A stretch of DNA of 63,148 nt, counting the filler, from Welwitschia mirabilis (lineage: Eukaryota), in NCBI GenBank assembly GCA_051453625.1. It is 6 parts of one record of this genome, joined end to end, with 100 filler letters (N's around TTAATTAATTAA, not from the genome) between each part and the next. Parts side by side here need not be neighbours in the genome. Positions count along the whole stretch, not along the records: positions 10,817 to 28,991 come from JBOZIK010000001.1; positions 29,092 to 52,103 come from JBOZIK010000001.1; 4 more parts are not named here. One strand, given 5' to 3'. Of this stretch, positions 23,628 through 35,399 are shown piece after piece. The notes below the pieces were generated by a model. It searched no databases and was not told the DNA's origin. It was given only the letters and a program-made list of their open reading frames with translations. How positions within the stretch are numbered: the stretch's first letter is position 1; each line of letters starts with the position of its first letter. A program made the translations under genes and the position numbers.

Positions 23628-26600
23628 ATGAGTAATCCATTTGATGGTTTTTCTATTGGTTTTCCACCCATGTTTGATGGGTCAAACTATGTGTATTAGA
23701 AAGCTAAGATGAGAATTTTTCTTAGATCCCTAAATGCAAATATAGAAGGCGTTATCTACAAGAGTTATTCTATGCCTATGTTGTCAAAAACAGATGTCAA
23801 TTGTAATACATGTTAGTTCCAAAATCCCGAGATCAATGGACTACCACATAAAACCAAAGCTAACACAGATGCCTCTACTCTTAATGCAATATTTTATTGC
23901 AGTCTATGTAGATGAGTTTAAATGTATAGTGAATTGTAATCATGCTAAAAAGGCTTGGGATATTCTTAAGGTAGCACACTGTAACCACACTATGCATCCC
24001 GAGGCACTATAGTAGAGGACAATGCATGGGTAGTGGAAGGACGATAACAATGACAGAGTGTGGTGCCAGAAAATGAGACACCACCCAGAAGCATGCTCCC
24101 TAAAAAAATAATGAGTAACTTCAAATGCTCATTTCTAAATTTGAAGACATCCTTGTGGATAAGGAGGAGACTTATGTTTGTCCATTGATATTTTAAACTC
24201 TATGACAAGCCTTAGAGAATGTTTATATGAAGGAAAGATGGTCAACAAGGTACTAAAATCTCTACTAAAGAGATTTAAACTAAAGGGTACAACCATCAAA
24301 GAAAGCAGAGCTACAAGGTAATCTACAAACCTATTAAATTAAATTTGTTAAATATAAGAAGANNNNNNNNNNNNNNNNNNNNNNNNNNNNNNNNNNNNNN
24401 NNNNNNNNNNNNNNNNNNNNNNNNNNNNNNNNNNNNNNNNNNNNNNNNNNNNNNNNNNNNNNACTCTTACTGCAATATTTTGTTGCAGTCTATGTAGATG
24501 AGTTTAAATGTATAATGAATTGTAATCATGCTAAAAAGGCTTAAGATATTCTTGAGGTAGCACATGAAGGAACGTCAACCATAAATTAGGAAAAACTTCA
24601 AATGCTTATTTCTAGATTTGAAGAGATCCACATGAATGTTGTAAACTCTATGGCAAGTTTTAGAGAATAGTTGAATGAAGAAAAGATGGTTAGAAAGGTA
24701 TTAAGATCTCNNNNNNNNNNNNNNNNNNNNNNNNNNNNNNNNNNNNNNNNNNNNNNNNNNNNNNNNNNNNNNNNNNNNNNNNNNNNNNNNNNNNNNNNNN
24801 NNNNNNNNNNGAGATCCACATGAATATTGTAAACTCTATGGCAAGTTTTAGAGAATAGTTGAATGAAGAAAAGATGGTTAGAAAGGTATTAAGATCTCTA
24901 CCAAAGAGATTTAAACTAAAGATCATAGCCATGAAGAAGAGAAAGAACATGAATGCAATGGCACTAGAAGAGCTACAAGGTAATCTATAACTTATAAACT
25001 TAAATTTGCTAAAGATAAGAATAAAGGTATTACCCTAAAATATGTAAAGAAAGGCTATAGGTTTGAAAAGTTAGATGAAGTCTTGGACGTTGATGAAGTA
25101 GCTCTCTTAGCCAGAAGATTTAGAAAGTTTCTACATAGAAAAAAAAAGGAAGGTGAGTCAAGCAAAAACTTAAAAAGAAGTCATTTGAAATATAGGAAGG
25201 ATCAAGATAAAGGTAAAGAAATCTAATGCTACTCATGCAAAGGATTTGGTCATATGGCAAATAAGTGTTCAAACACTAAAAGAGATAATAATAAATCAAG
25301 GAATTATTCTTGTATNNNNNNNNNNNNNNNNNNNNNNNNNNNNNNNNNNNNNNNNNNNNNNNNNNNNNNNNNNNNNNNNNNNNNNNNNNNNNNNNNNNNN
25401 NNNNNNNNNNNNNNNNNNNNNNNNNNNNNNNNNNNNNNNNNNNNNNNNNNNNNNNNNNNNNNNNNNNNNNNNNNNNNNNNNNNNNNNNNNNNNNNNNNNN
25501 NNNNNNNNNNNNNNNNNNNNNNNNNNNNNNNNNNNNNNNNNNNNNNNNNNNNNNNNNNNNNNNNNNNNNNNNNNNNNNNNNNNNNNNNNNNNNNNNNNNN
25601 NNNNNNNNNNNNNNNNNNNNNNNNNNNNNNNNNNNNNNNNNNNNNNNNNNNNNNNNNNNNNNNNNNNNNNNNNNNNNNNNNNNNNNNNNNNNNNNNNNNN
25701 NNNNNNNNNNNNNNNNNNNNNNNNNNNNNNNNNNNNNNNNNNNNNNNNNNNNNNNNNNNNNNNNNNNNNNNNNNNNNNNNNNNNNNNNGTTCAAACACTA
25801 AAAGAGATAATAAGAAATCAATGAATTATTCTTGTATTATAACTTAGAATAATGATAATAAGGATAATGACAACAGTTTAGGTCAAGAGTCAGACTAAGA
25901 CAGAAGATTATCCTTAATGCGAATGTGCCTTCTCTCAAGAACTTATCTAGCACATCAGAGTCTAACGACTTAAACATAATCGATGAAGAAAAGAATGAGC
26001 TAGAGAATATGTGTCATGAACTATAGGAAGAATGTGAAAAACTAGCAAAAAGGATAAATGATCTAAATAAAGTAGTAAAGTTTCTCACCAAAGAAAAAGA
26101 GGAAATTAAAACGAAGTACAAGTTGCTAAAATCAAACAACTTCGATCTCTTAGCATAGGTAAAAGATCTATCTTCTTTGTTAATAAATTTTCTAGTGGTT
26201 ATTCTAAGTTAGAACAGATGCTTTGAGTTTGAAACCTACTGGAGATAAATCAATTATTATCTTCATTTCCCAAAATCCATAAGAATAGGTAAATAGGAAA
26301 TTAAGTTTACTTCTAAAGTTTCTTATAATTTTTGTGATAAAATTAGACATTTAAATTTATTTTGCAATATTAGAAAGTTAATGCATTTTTTAGATTCAGT
26401 GAATTCTTTACTATTTAAAATTGTTCCTAAGAAAAGTATACCACATAAGTCTAATAAGACTAAGTGGGTAAGAGCTAACAATCTTAAAAGCCTTTTAACA
26501 TGGACAAGTCTCAAAGGATCGAGTGAAAATAGCTAGTACTTAGACAGTGGATGCTTAAGGCACATGATAAGAAAAAGATCAAATTTTCAACAGTCGAAAA

Positions 26601-26880
26601 GTGTTGATGGAGAAGATGTTACTTTTGGAAATAATGAAAAGGCAAGAATAGAAGGTATAGGATGCATAAAAGGAGGTAAGTTACCTAAACTTAATGGTGT
26701 GTTATATGTGAATAGTTTAAAGCATAACTTACTAAGTATTAGTTAATTATGTGATAAACATTATAAAATAGTTTTTAAAGAATCGAAATGTGAAATTGTA
26801 CATGTGAAAATGAATGTTGTTGTCTTTACTACAAATCAAGTAGATAATGTTTATAGAATAGATACTCGTGTGAATTTATA
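23628..26880 (+). pseudogene. gag: SIRE-like gag-protease (degenerate; paralogous pieces repeated across gaps)
   Basis: MSNPFDG...PPMFDGSNY, AKKAWDILKVAH, KVLRSLPKRF, knuckle at ~25228-25270, YLDSGCLRHM at ~26537, VTFGNNEKARIEGIG and LKHNLLSIS. Confidence 0.88.
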
Positions 26881-27387
26881 CAACAAACAATTAAACCATG
26901 TGAACTAGAACATTGAAAATGGAAATATTAAATTAAATTTCATTAGAACTAAACATTTTTTAAAAAATTATGAAGTGAAATCCTATTTTTGCAAATTTCT
27001 TATTAATCACAAACATGAACTAGGGTTAACTCACTATCCTTTGGCTAATTGTAGGGTAGTCGACTAGACCCATGATTTGATCAACCAGATGTGATTAGTT
27101 AACTAGCATGAAAGCTCGGCTGCCCAGACATCTTTCTATATCTTAGACCCGTGTCTCGATGAGTCGACTATATTTTCAACTACTCGACTAGACCTGATAG
27201 ATCACAGTGTAGAAGTACTATCATTCTATTTTACCATCTGTATAAAATAAAGATGTACCTAATTTATTTTTATTATATTCTATCCCTCTTTATCTCTTAG
27301 ATCTAGAGCATTTTCTTCTAGATCTAGACCTTTGCTCTTAGATCTAGCAATTTGTTCTTATTTTTCTTCCTTTCAAGCTCTTGAGGA

Positions 27388-28760
27388 ATGGGTAAAAACT
27401 CTTCAAGGAAGAAATTTAAGAAAACTACAAAAGAGATCCTGATGTCTTCTACCAAGAAATGTCTGAGGAAGATATTGAAAAGTTTTCACAGAAGTTCAAA
27501 AAGAAGCCTATTTGTCAAAAATAGTCTATGGCAACCTCAGACATTAGAGAGCTCAAGGAGGTGATTCAACTCTTGAGAAATTAAGATCTTGACTATTTTC
27601 TAGATGTTTCTGTTTCTGCTTATCATTTTCTTACAATGCAACTTATGATTATGATTTAGGAACCCTTGAAATCCTTATTTTGGGGAACTGGCTGAGGATT
27701 ACTACAAATCTTATCTTGGATCTTAATGATCTTTCTAGAGGAAATAATGAAGNNNNNNNNNNNNNNNNNNNNNNNNNNNNNNNNNNNNNNNNNNNNNNNN
27801 NNNNNNNNNNNNNNNNNNNNNNNNNNNNNNNNNNNNNNNNNNNNNNNNNNNNCTCTTGAGAAATTAAGATCTTGACTATTTTCTAGATTTTTTTGGTTCC
27901 ACTTATTTTTTTCTTACTCATATGTTTTATTGCAATGCAACTTATCATTGTGATTTAAGAACTCTTAAAACCCTCATTTTGGAAAGCAGCTGAGGGTCAC
28001 TGCAAACCTGATTTCTAATCTTACTGATCTTCCGAAAGGTGACTATAAAGAGTTTTTGCCTCTTCGTGATATCATGAAAGATAAGCTAGTAGTGACAAGG
28101 GAGATCTATGGTAAGACTCACACTTGGAAACATACCATTTCCACTTCCTTTCTTACACCCAAGTATTATTTTCTTCATTTTATTTTTACTTATAATTTTC
28201 TACCATTAGCGGGGCATTGTAATAAGGCCTTTAACTATAGAGCATATATGATGTATCTAATAAGGACTGAGAATTCTATTGATGCTCTTACCATCATAAT
28301 GAATAATATGACCTCTCAGTTGAAGTAACATAGGACGAGGGCCTTGCCCTACTCTGTGCTTATCACAAATTTGTGCTATTATTTTCATGTACCTTGTCAT
28401 CCTAAACTTGAAAACCTCCAATTCATAGCATTCATTAGACATGTAATACTATCTCGCATGCACATCTTTGTCCCTTTCAAAAAGTCCTCAAAATCACCCT
28501 CTTCGAAGGAAACCTCTCTTGATTAGACTCTTTCATACCTGAGATGGGTTGATTCCTGTACCAGACATATAAAGGAAGAACTCATAGCAGCTGGATATGA
28601 CATTGCTAACAATTTAGTAGAGGCCACTAGCTCAATATACATAAGAGAATTTGAAGAAAAAGAAGATTCAGAAGACGATTCTGAAGAAAAAAAAGAAGAG
28701 GAGGAGGAATCTGATTAGCTTCTAAAGAAAAGAAGAAGAGGAGGAGGAATTTTATTAGAG
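27388..28760 (+). pseudogene. env-like extra ORF of the SIRE-like element (degenerate)
   Basis: Lies between the pol end and the PPT. Contains LTPKYYFLHFIFTYNFLPLAGH and LPYSVLITNLCYYFHVP (LPY..LIT motif typical of plant env-like ORFs) and an acidic tail. Confidence 0.7.
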
Positions 28761-28875
28761 TTTTGATTATGTTTTTTTTGTGTACTTTTATTCTTTTCTT
28801 TGTTATTAATGTCAAAAGGAGAAGAATTAGTTGTTTGTTATTTGTTGCTTATGCTTTCAGATGTAGTATGATCTT

Positions 28876-28991
28876 TGTTGCGGTGTGAATTTATGCAATC
28901 TTGAAGTTCTTAGGTAAACCTGGAAAGGATATAACTTGCAAAAAGACACACTCTAGTTTAGACGGGAGTTCACTCGAATGTCATAATCCTA
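28876..28991 (-). repeat. End of an Athila-family LTR inserted into the SIRE-like 3' region
   Basis: TGTTGCGGTGTGAATTTATGCAATC...CACACTCTAGTTTAGACGGG is homologous to 13852-13960. Confidence 0.8.
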
Positions 28992-29091
28992 NNNNNNNNN
29001 NNNNNNNNNNNNNNNNNNNNNNNNNNNNNNNNNNNTTAATTAATTAANNNNNNNNNNNNNNNNNNNNNNNNNNNNNNNNNNNNNNNNNNNN
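28992..29091. other. Artificial scaffold-joining linker
   Basis: TTAATTAATTAA at 29036-29047 within Ns. Confidence 0.97.
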
Positions 29092-32000
29092 TTTCTTATG
29101 CTTTTTGATGATGGTTTTACTTATGAATCTCTTTATGAAGTCTTATTTGAACTTGAATCCAAGATTTAAGGCTTTTATGGTGAATCATTTTAAGCCAAAC
29201 TTTTCATTTATCTCTTAAGGTGATGAGAAGATAATCATGTAGGTTCTATCACTTATTCATTTCTTACCATTTCTAGAAGTAAGAACAAGTTGTTCAATGT
29301 CGATCATGTGCTTAAAGGATCTTCATTAGGTTCTCCACTAAAGGAAGGATAAGTATTCAAGTTTCGAAGTTCTACATCATCACAGGGAGGTAAGTNNNNN
29401 NNNNNNNNNNNNNNNNNNNNNNNNNNNNNNNNNNNNNNNNNNNNNNNNNNNNNNNNNNNNNNNNNNNNNNNNNNNNNNNNNNNNNNNNNNNNNNNTTCTT
29501 GTCACTACCTTATAATCTTTTCTCACTTCGTTAAGATTCTGTAAAGGTTAAATTGAAAGAGACCCTTGTGGTTTTGGTTAGCAAGCACGGTTTGTTGTAA
29601 AATTCTTATAAAATTTTCTATGTTAGTGTTTATTTTTTTTGAGTTTTTCTCAACTCCTTAATAGAATTCCTAAGAGGATCACTATGGTTTTAGAAGGACT
29701 TACCAAGTTATTTAAGTTATAGCATTAAAATTTTGAATAGTCAAACCTATTTCTGAAAGGTTGGAAGTTAGGATGACATGTTTGAAAATTTCTAAAGTTT
29801 GATTGCTCACTCATCTTATATTAAAAGTTGCAATTTTGGACTTATCTTTGATTATGGTTTTGAGTGTAGTTTGAAGTTCTTTAGTTAAAGGCATAAACTT
29901 TCTCATAGATTTTTTCTTTATAGGTAGGAAGTAAAGGATAATCTTTTATGATATGATAACTTTCTTCACAAAAATTGCCATGTTGGAATGATGACTTCAC
30001 TCTTCTCAGTTGCCACTTTAGCATCAAGGATCATATGGGTGTATTTTTTTGAGGTAGAAGTAAAATTATTAATGATACTATTTGGTTCATTTTCTATTTT
30101 AGTTTTATTCTTCTTATGTTTTACTTATTTTAGGTCCTTAATGATTTGGCCTACTATTCAGTTTTCTCTAAGTAAGGGTTTAGGCTAGGTTTGATTACTT
30201 TTACCAAATCCTCCAACACCTTTCAAGCATCTTCTAGGGTTTGGTTTAATAGGTTGTTTTCATAAGAAAAATCTATAAGTTTTTTGGTATGACTATTTAA
30301 CCCACTGTAAAAATAGTCAACTAATTCTACTTATCAAAAGGCATCTACAGGGTTCAAATGTAAAGCAATAAAGAATCGTTTATAGGTAGAGGCATAGTCT
30401 TCGTTAGGCAGTTTTTGGAAGTTGATGATTTATTTATTTTGTTTTTAGATGGTGGTTTCACTCATAAATCTCTTTATGAAGGCTTCTTGAACTTAGCTCT
30501 AATATTTAAGGCTTTTATGGAGAATCATTCAAAGCCAAAGTTTCTCTTTATTTATCAAGATGATGGGAAAGATAACCATGTTAGTTTTATCACTTATTTG
30601 TTTCTTATCATTTCTAGAAGTAAGGACAAGTTGTTCTACATCAATAGTATATTGTAAAGGATCTTTCTCGGATACTTTACTAAACGTAAGATAAGCATTC
30701 AAGTTTTGGAGTTCTATAACATCACCGAGAGGTAAGTTGAAAGGAGTTTGGATTTTAAATTTTTTATTTGCTATAAGATCTCTAAGGGTAACATGAGTAC
30801 TAGGTTGAGAAGGAGTAGAAGTATGGGTTCCAATGACAAGGGGTGGATTTGGAGAGATAGATTGTTTAAGCTTTTGGACTAAGGTCGATATGATAGTAAA
30901 ATCAGACTCTACAGAAATGAAAGTGAAAATTGCAGGAAATTTAAAATATTGCATATCTTTGCTGTTTTTACCTATTTCTATTTTAAGATTTATCAAATCT
31001 TTTCTGATGTTTTCAGTAATCAACAATTGCTCTTTCTATTATTTTTCTTTTTTATTAGACTTAACCATTCATACTCAGTCCTGAATCTATAAAATTTCTA
31101 TCCCTTTCGTCATTCGGATGATATCCTGGACAATAAAAACACAGAAATCACAAGAAAAGGAAAAGTAGAAAATAGAAAAGAAAAAATTACTTTTGATAGG
31201 AAAAACCTAGAAAATAAAGTGTCATCCATCTAATTCATCTAGGTGACAAAGGTGACGATGGAACTCAAACCCTAAAAGTTTAACAAGAAACTGAAATAAA
31301 AAACTTACGGCACAGATGCTATCATCACTGAGTGTTGTCTGGATGACTATGTGGATGACGAACTTTTATTACAAAATAGAAAAATAGACTATGATTCATA
31401 AAATAGAAAATTAACTCTACAAATATGGTAAACCTATGCTAATACATGTATTATTACACTAATACTGTAGCAAGAATTTGATCTGAAATACTTACCAAAG
31501 AAACAATAGCTCTTGAACTCCAAGCAGCCTTCCCTGGCAATGGCTCCAAGATGTTGCAGTGCATATTTATTTAATGTTTACATATTGATTAGAATCCTGT
31601 TAAACACAAATAATTTGCACAAACACAACACACTAATATAGATGAGAGTGACCCGAATATCATAATTTGTTAAAGGCTAAAATATGAAAATAAGAGAGTT
31701 TCTTTCAAAATGAGAAATACTCTAACTTAACCTACAGAAGTAACTTGCAATGCATGAAAATGAAATAAAAGACACTTGTGCAAGGCTAATCTAGAAAAGG
31801 AAATAAAAATGCATCTAAATTAATCAAGCACAACCTTGACAAAGGTTTCCCTCATAATCTATATCACAAGAGAATTTATCACCGAATCTCAAATAATATA
31901 AACTAAGAGAGAGAATATCATTCATACATTGAAGCACAAAAAGAAATTTTTATATTAGAAATTACACCACATATTTATTATAAAGTAACCACATTCAATG

Positions 32001-32636
32001 GAGGAAATTTCATCCAACACCAAGGAAACGTCTCTCTGAAGCTACAGGATGGTTCTCCGGCTTCTCGATCTCTTGTCATAAGTATGTTGGATGCAAACAA
32101 AGATGAGAAGGAATCAAGGGGGATACCTCTATTTATTGACTGGAAACATGAAATGAAATAGAGAAAAATACGCGAGTAAACCCTAACCATCATGCAAAAA
32201 AGAATCAAAATACAAGTGGTAAAAGTTAGGTGAACATTCAGTGTGAGCATTACAAATAGTACCATCCGGTAGGTCGTCCAACCGATAAAGGAGATGATGC
32301 CACGTCAGGGTCAAATCCTTATTGACTACTAGTTAGATCTTAGTCAGCATCTAGTTGGCACGGTTATCCATCTTATCATCCAGATAATCATGTGGACGAT
32401 AACCTTCAATAGATCTTCAATTAGTGCATCAACATTATTGTTTGCTAGAATTTATCATCTGAAATACAGATTATTCATATTTGTTTAGAATGCTTGTAAT
32501 TTATCAAGGAAATTTCATATTTTCATCCTTTTCATTCCAGCTCTCCACTATCATGAAAACCAAGCATTTACCTATAAATTTACCATAAAACAACTCAGAA
32601 TACCTTATCAAATATACATAAGTTGGCATCGCAATA
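29092..32636 (-). mobile_element. Athila-like element B, 5' half (LTR 31552-32636, PBS 31531-31548, gag)
   Basis: The gag VTLRDLIANKKFKIQTPFNLPLGDVIEL...KDPLQY is homologous to 12915-13160. PBS TCCCTGGCAATGGCTCCA. LTR termini TGTTGCAG...CATCGCAATA. Confidence 0.88.
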
Positions 32637-35399
32637 TAAGCCAAATTGAATAAGATAAACATTAACTAGGAATATGTAAATCAAGTTCAGAAATCTCATT
32701 ATGAAAGATCAAATTTCAAAATTAAATAAATTGAATGTTTTACCTTGGTAAATATTATGATCATGTTGTCATCTAGTATGTTGTCTAGATGATTATAGGG
32801 ATAAGAAGTTCTTAAAAATTTAACTGTAAACTTAAATTCCTATAAGTATGCTCATCACAAAACAAGATTAAAAATACTAACTAATGTATTAGCCCTCTAC
32901 TTAAAACATTTAGCACATTAAAAAAATAGAGATTGAATGACATAACAATAAGAATTATCATAAGATATAATCATAATAACTTAGATAAATGATGTGCATG
33001 TATAATTAGAAAAACTAATAACTCAAAAATATATTCCTAATTCAAAAATTAAATTTTCAAACATAATCTACAATAGAAAATACACTAAAAATAATCATAA
33101 CATTATTCCCTTCATCTATTTTCTCATAAATTTATTAGACTACCTATAGATATAATGCATCACTCAAATAATAGGTGATCATAATCAAATAAGTTCATTA
33201 TAGATACGTATCATGAAAATTTTTAAAATAACCCTTAAAATTGCTAGTTAAAAATATTTTTAAAATATCATAAAAGTATGCATCTGAAAAGTATATTCTA
33301 TCCCTCCAACAGTGAATTAATATGTCCTATGTTGCATTAATGTAATAAAAAAAATGAAAATGCAAGTTAAGTAAGCAAAATAGGTGGACTTTATAGCAAT
33401 AGTTTATGTGTGAATGAAGGATCAGAACTAGTCAGAACAAGATGAAAAATGAAAATAAAGATGCTTAGATAATATAAGTGCATTGTACTACCTCGATATC
33501 TCAATGACAAGGTATGTGACAGGGTTCTTTAAAAGATTAAAAAAATTAAAGAAAAAAAGAATATGTTAGATTAAAATAAAAGCATAAAGGCTTTATAAAA
33601 TTATCATAAAGTCTAAGAGATAGGTAAATGACTAAGAATCATAATGAATAAGGCATAATAAAGGAGGTGATTTTTGGAAGAACTTAAGATGGAAAAAAGA
33701 GATATCAAGATAGAGTAATAATAATGCATGAAACTAAGAAAAATCTTAAAATATGCCATGAACTCACAATCATTAAAAAATAGTAAGTGATGCATCAACA
33801 CTCAAAAACGAGATTAAAAAACTCAACTTGAAAAGAGATTAAAAGAACAGATGGGAAAATTTATCATTATAAACTAAAGGAACATTATTCAACAAAATGA
33901 TAAAATAAACTCAAAACCTAAAAATAAAAACTACATTTCAAAATAAAAATCAACAAGAAAACTACCAATGATCAAGTCTTAAGTATTTGTAATGAAAAAG
34001 TATGGAAATGACTTTAAAATACTAAAGAAAATAACTAGGAAAAATAAAATAAAAATAGATAATTAGGAATATGAAAAAGATTATATACCTCCCCTAAATT
34101 AAAACCTAGCAAATCCCCTTAAAAGAAATAGTAAAATCACCTGATTAATGATTCATAACATAATGAAGAAAATCTCATAAAGTACCATTCTAATAGGCAA
34201 TGATTATGATGATGCCAAGTATATCTAATGTTATAAAATCAAAAGCTACTCAAAATGGACTTAACTACTCATCCTCCAAAGCACATCCAAATCCTTATAA
34301 GTGAAATGATCATATAGGAACACTATAAGCTTAATGAAGATAAGAAACAAGCAAAGCCTCTAATGACACTAGGAATACTATTGATTACGTAGCCTTAAAG
34401 TATTTATTATTATTCATAATGAGTGGATTGAAACTATAGTCAGAGAGGTAGAGATTCATAAAGCATGACCAACTAATCCCCCAGTGAAGTTTTCATAGCT
34501 ACCAACATTGCTAAAGATCCCTCTTGAAAAAATTTACCTTGATGCAATAGGACATTATGGTGACTATGTATTTAGTATAGAAACAATAGATCATGATCAT
34601 TATTCTTATTTTCTCTCTCTCTTTCTCTCCCTTTTTCTTTTTTTTTGGAATAATTTTTAAAATAATTCCCACATGACCACATACTTTCAAAGATGAAGGT
34701 AAATAAAGAAGATAAAAAACAAGAAAAAACATCCCCAAACAATTAAAGAATCATGTAATGAAGAGAGAACACAAAAAACTAAATCATATTCCTTCAAAAT
34801 GAAGTTCATATATGTTTAAATGTCTTAAGATTAGGTGAATCTAATCTTATTAATTTGTAACGCCTAAGTGAAGATAACTAGTCATGGTAACTTTACAAAG
34901 TAAAACACTAGTCAAGTTTTAAAGATGTTCAAGTAATAGCATGACATCCATCAAAAGAATTATTTAAGAAAAATTTAGACAATGGTAGCAGAACTTCCAA
35001 AATAAGTGCTTTTATCATGTTTAAGGTTTGATGACTCATGGATTTTTAACCTTTATTTATTTTTTTACATTGTCCTAGTGTTCAAATCAAAAATGTCAAC
35101 TAAGACATTAAAATGTACTTTCTCTAAAAGATAAGGATCTAACCATCTAGAGGTTAACTTATTAGATAAAAATAAAAATAAAAACCAAGGATAACATAAC
35201 AACATAAAATCAAAAGAAAATACCAAATAAAACTAAAAATAAGTTTTATTTGGATCCTAAATTTTATTAAAACTTTATTAAAAAGAAAGAAAAAGAAACA
35301 TTTATTTCCTAAATCTATGGTCTTAAGATATTGTATTTTCTCAAAAAAATATATATCAAACCAAATAGATAAAAATTGATAAAACATAAAAGGTATATA

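Larger units (their letters stand above)
22101..28875 (+). mobile_element. SIRE (Sirevirus)-like Copia element: 5' LTR, PBS, gag, protease, deleted pol, env-like ORF
   Basis: LTR 22101-23561 ending TATTCACCCCCCTC...; PBS-Met; gag PPMFDGSNYVY*KAKMRIFL; CCHC knuckle CYSCKGFGHMANKC; protease YLDSGCLRHM; extra ORF downstream; PPT-like GTCAAAAGGAGAAG at ~28811. Confidence 0.85.

Noticed and set aside
24463..24900. Real tandem triplication of the SIRE-like gag segment
   Set aside because: The copies are bounded by ~100-N gaps, which is typical of unresolved allelic or paralogous contigs.
31552..32900. Tandem elements B and C sharing one LTR
   Set aside because: No PPT abuts the LTR at 32637, and the PPT-like TAGCCCTCTACTTA is about 250 bp away. 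Insertion of B into C is simpler, though not proven.
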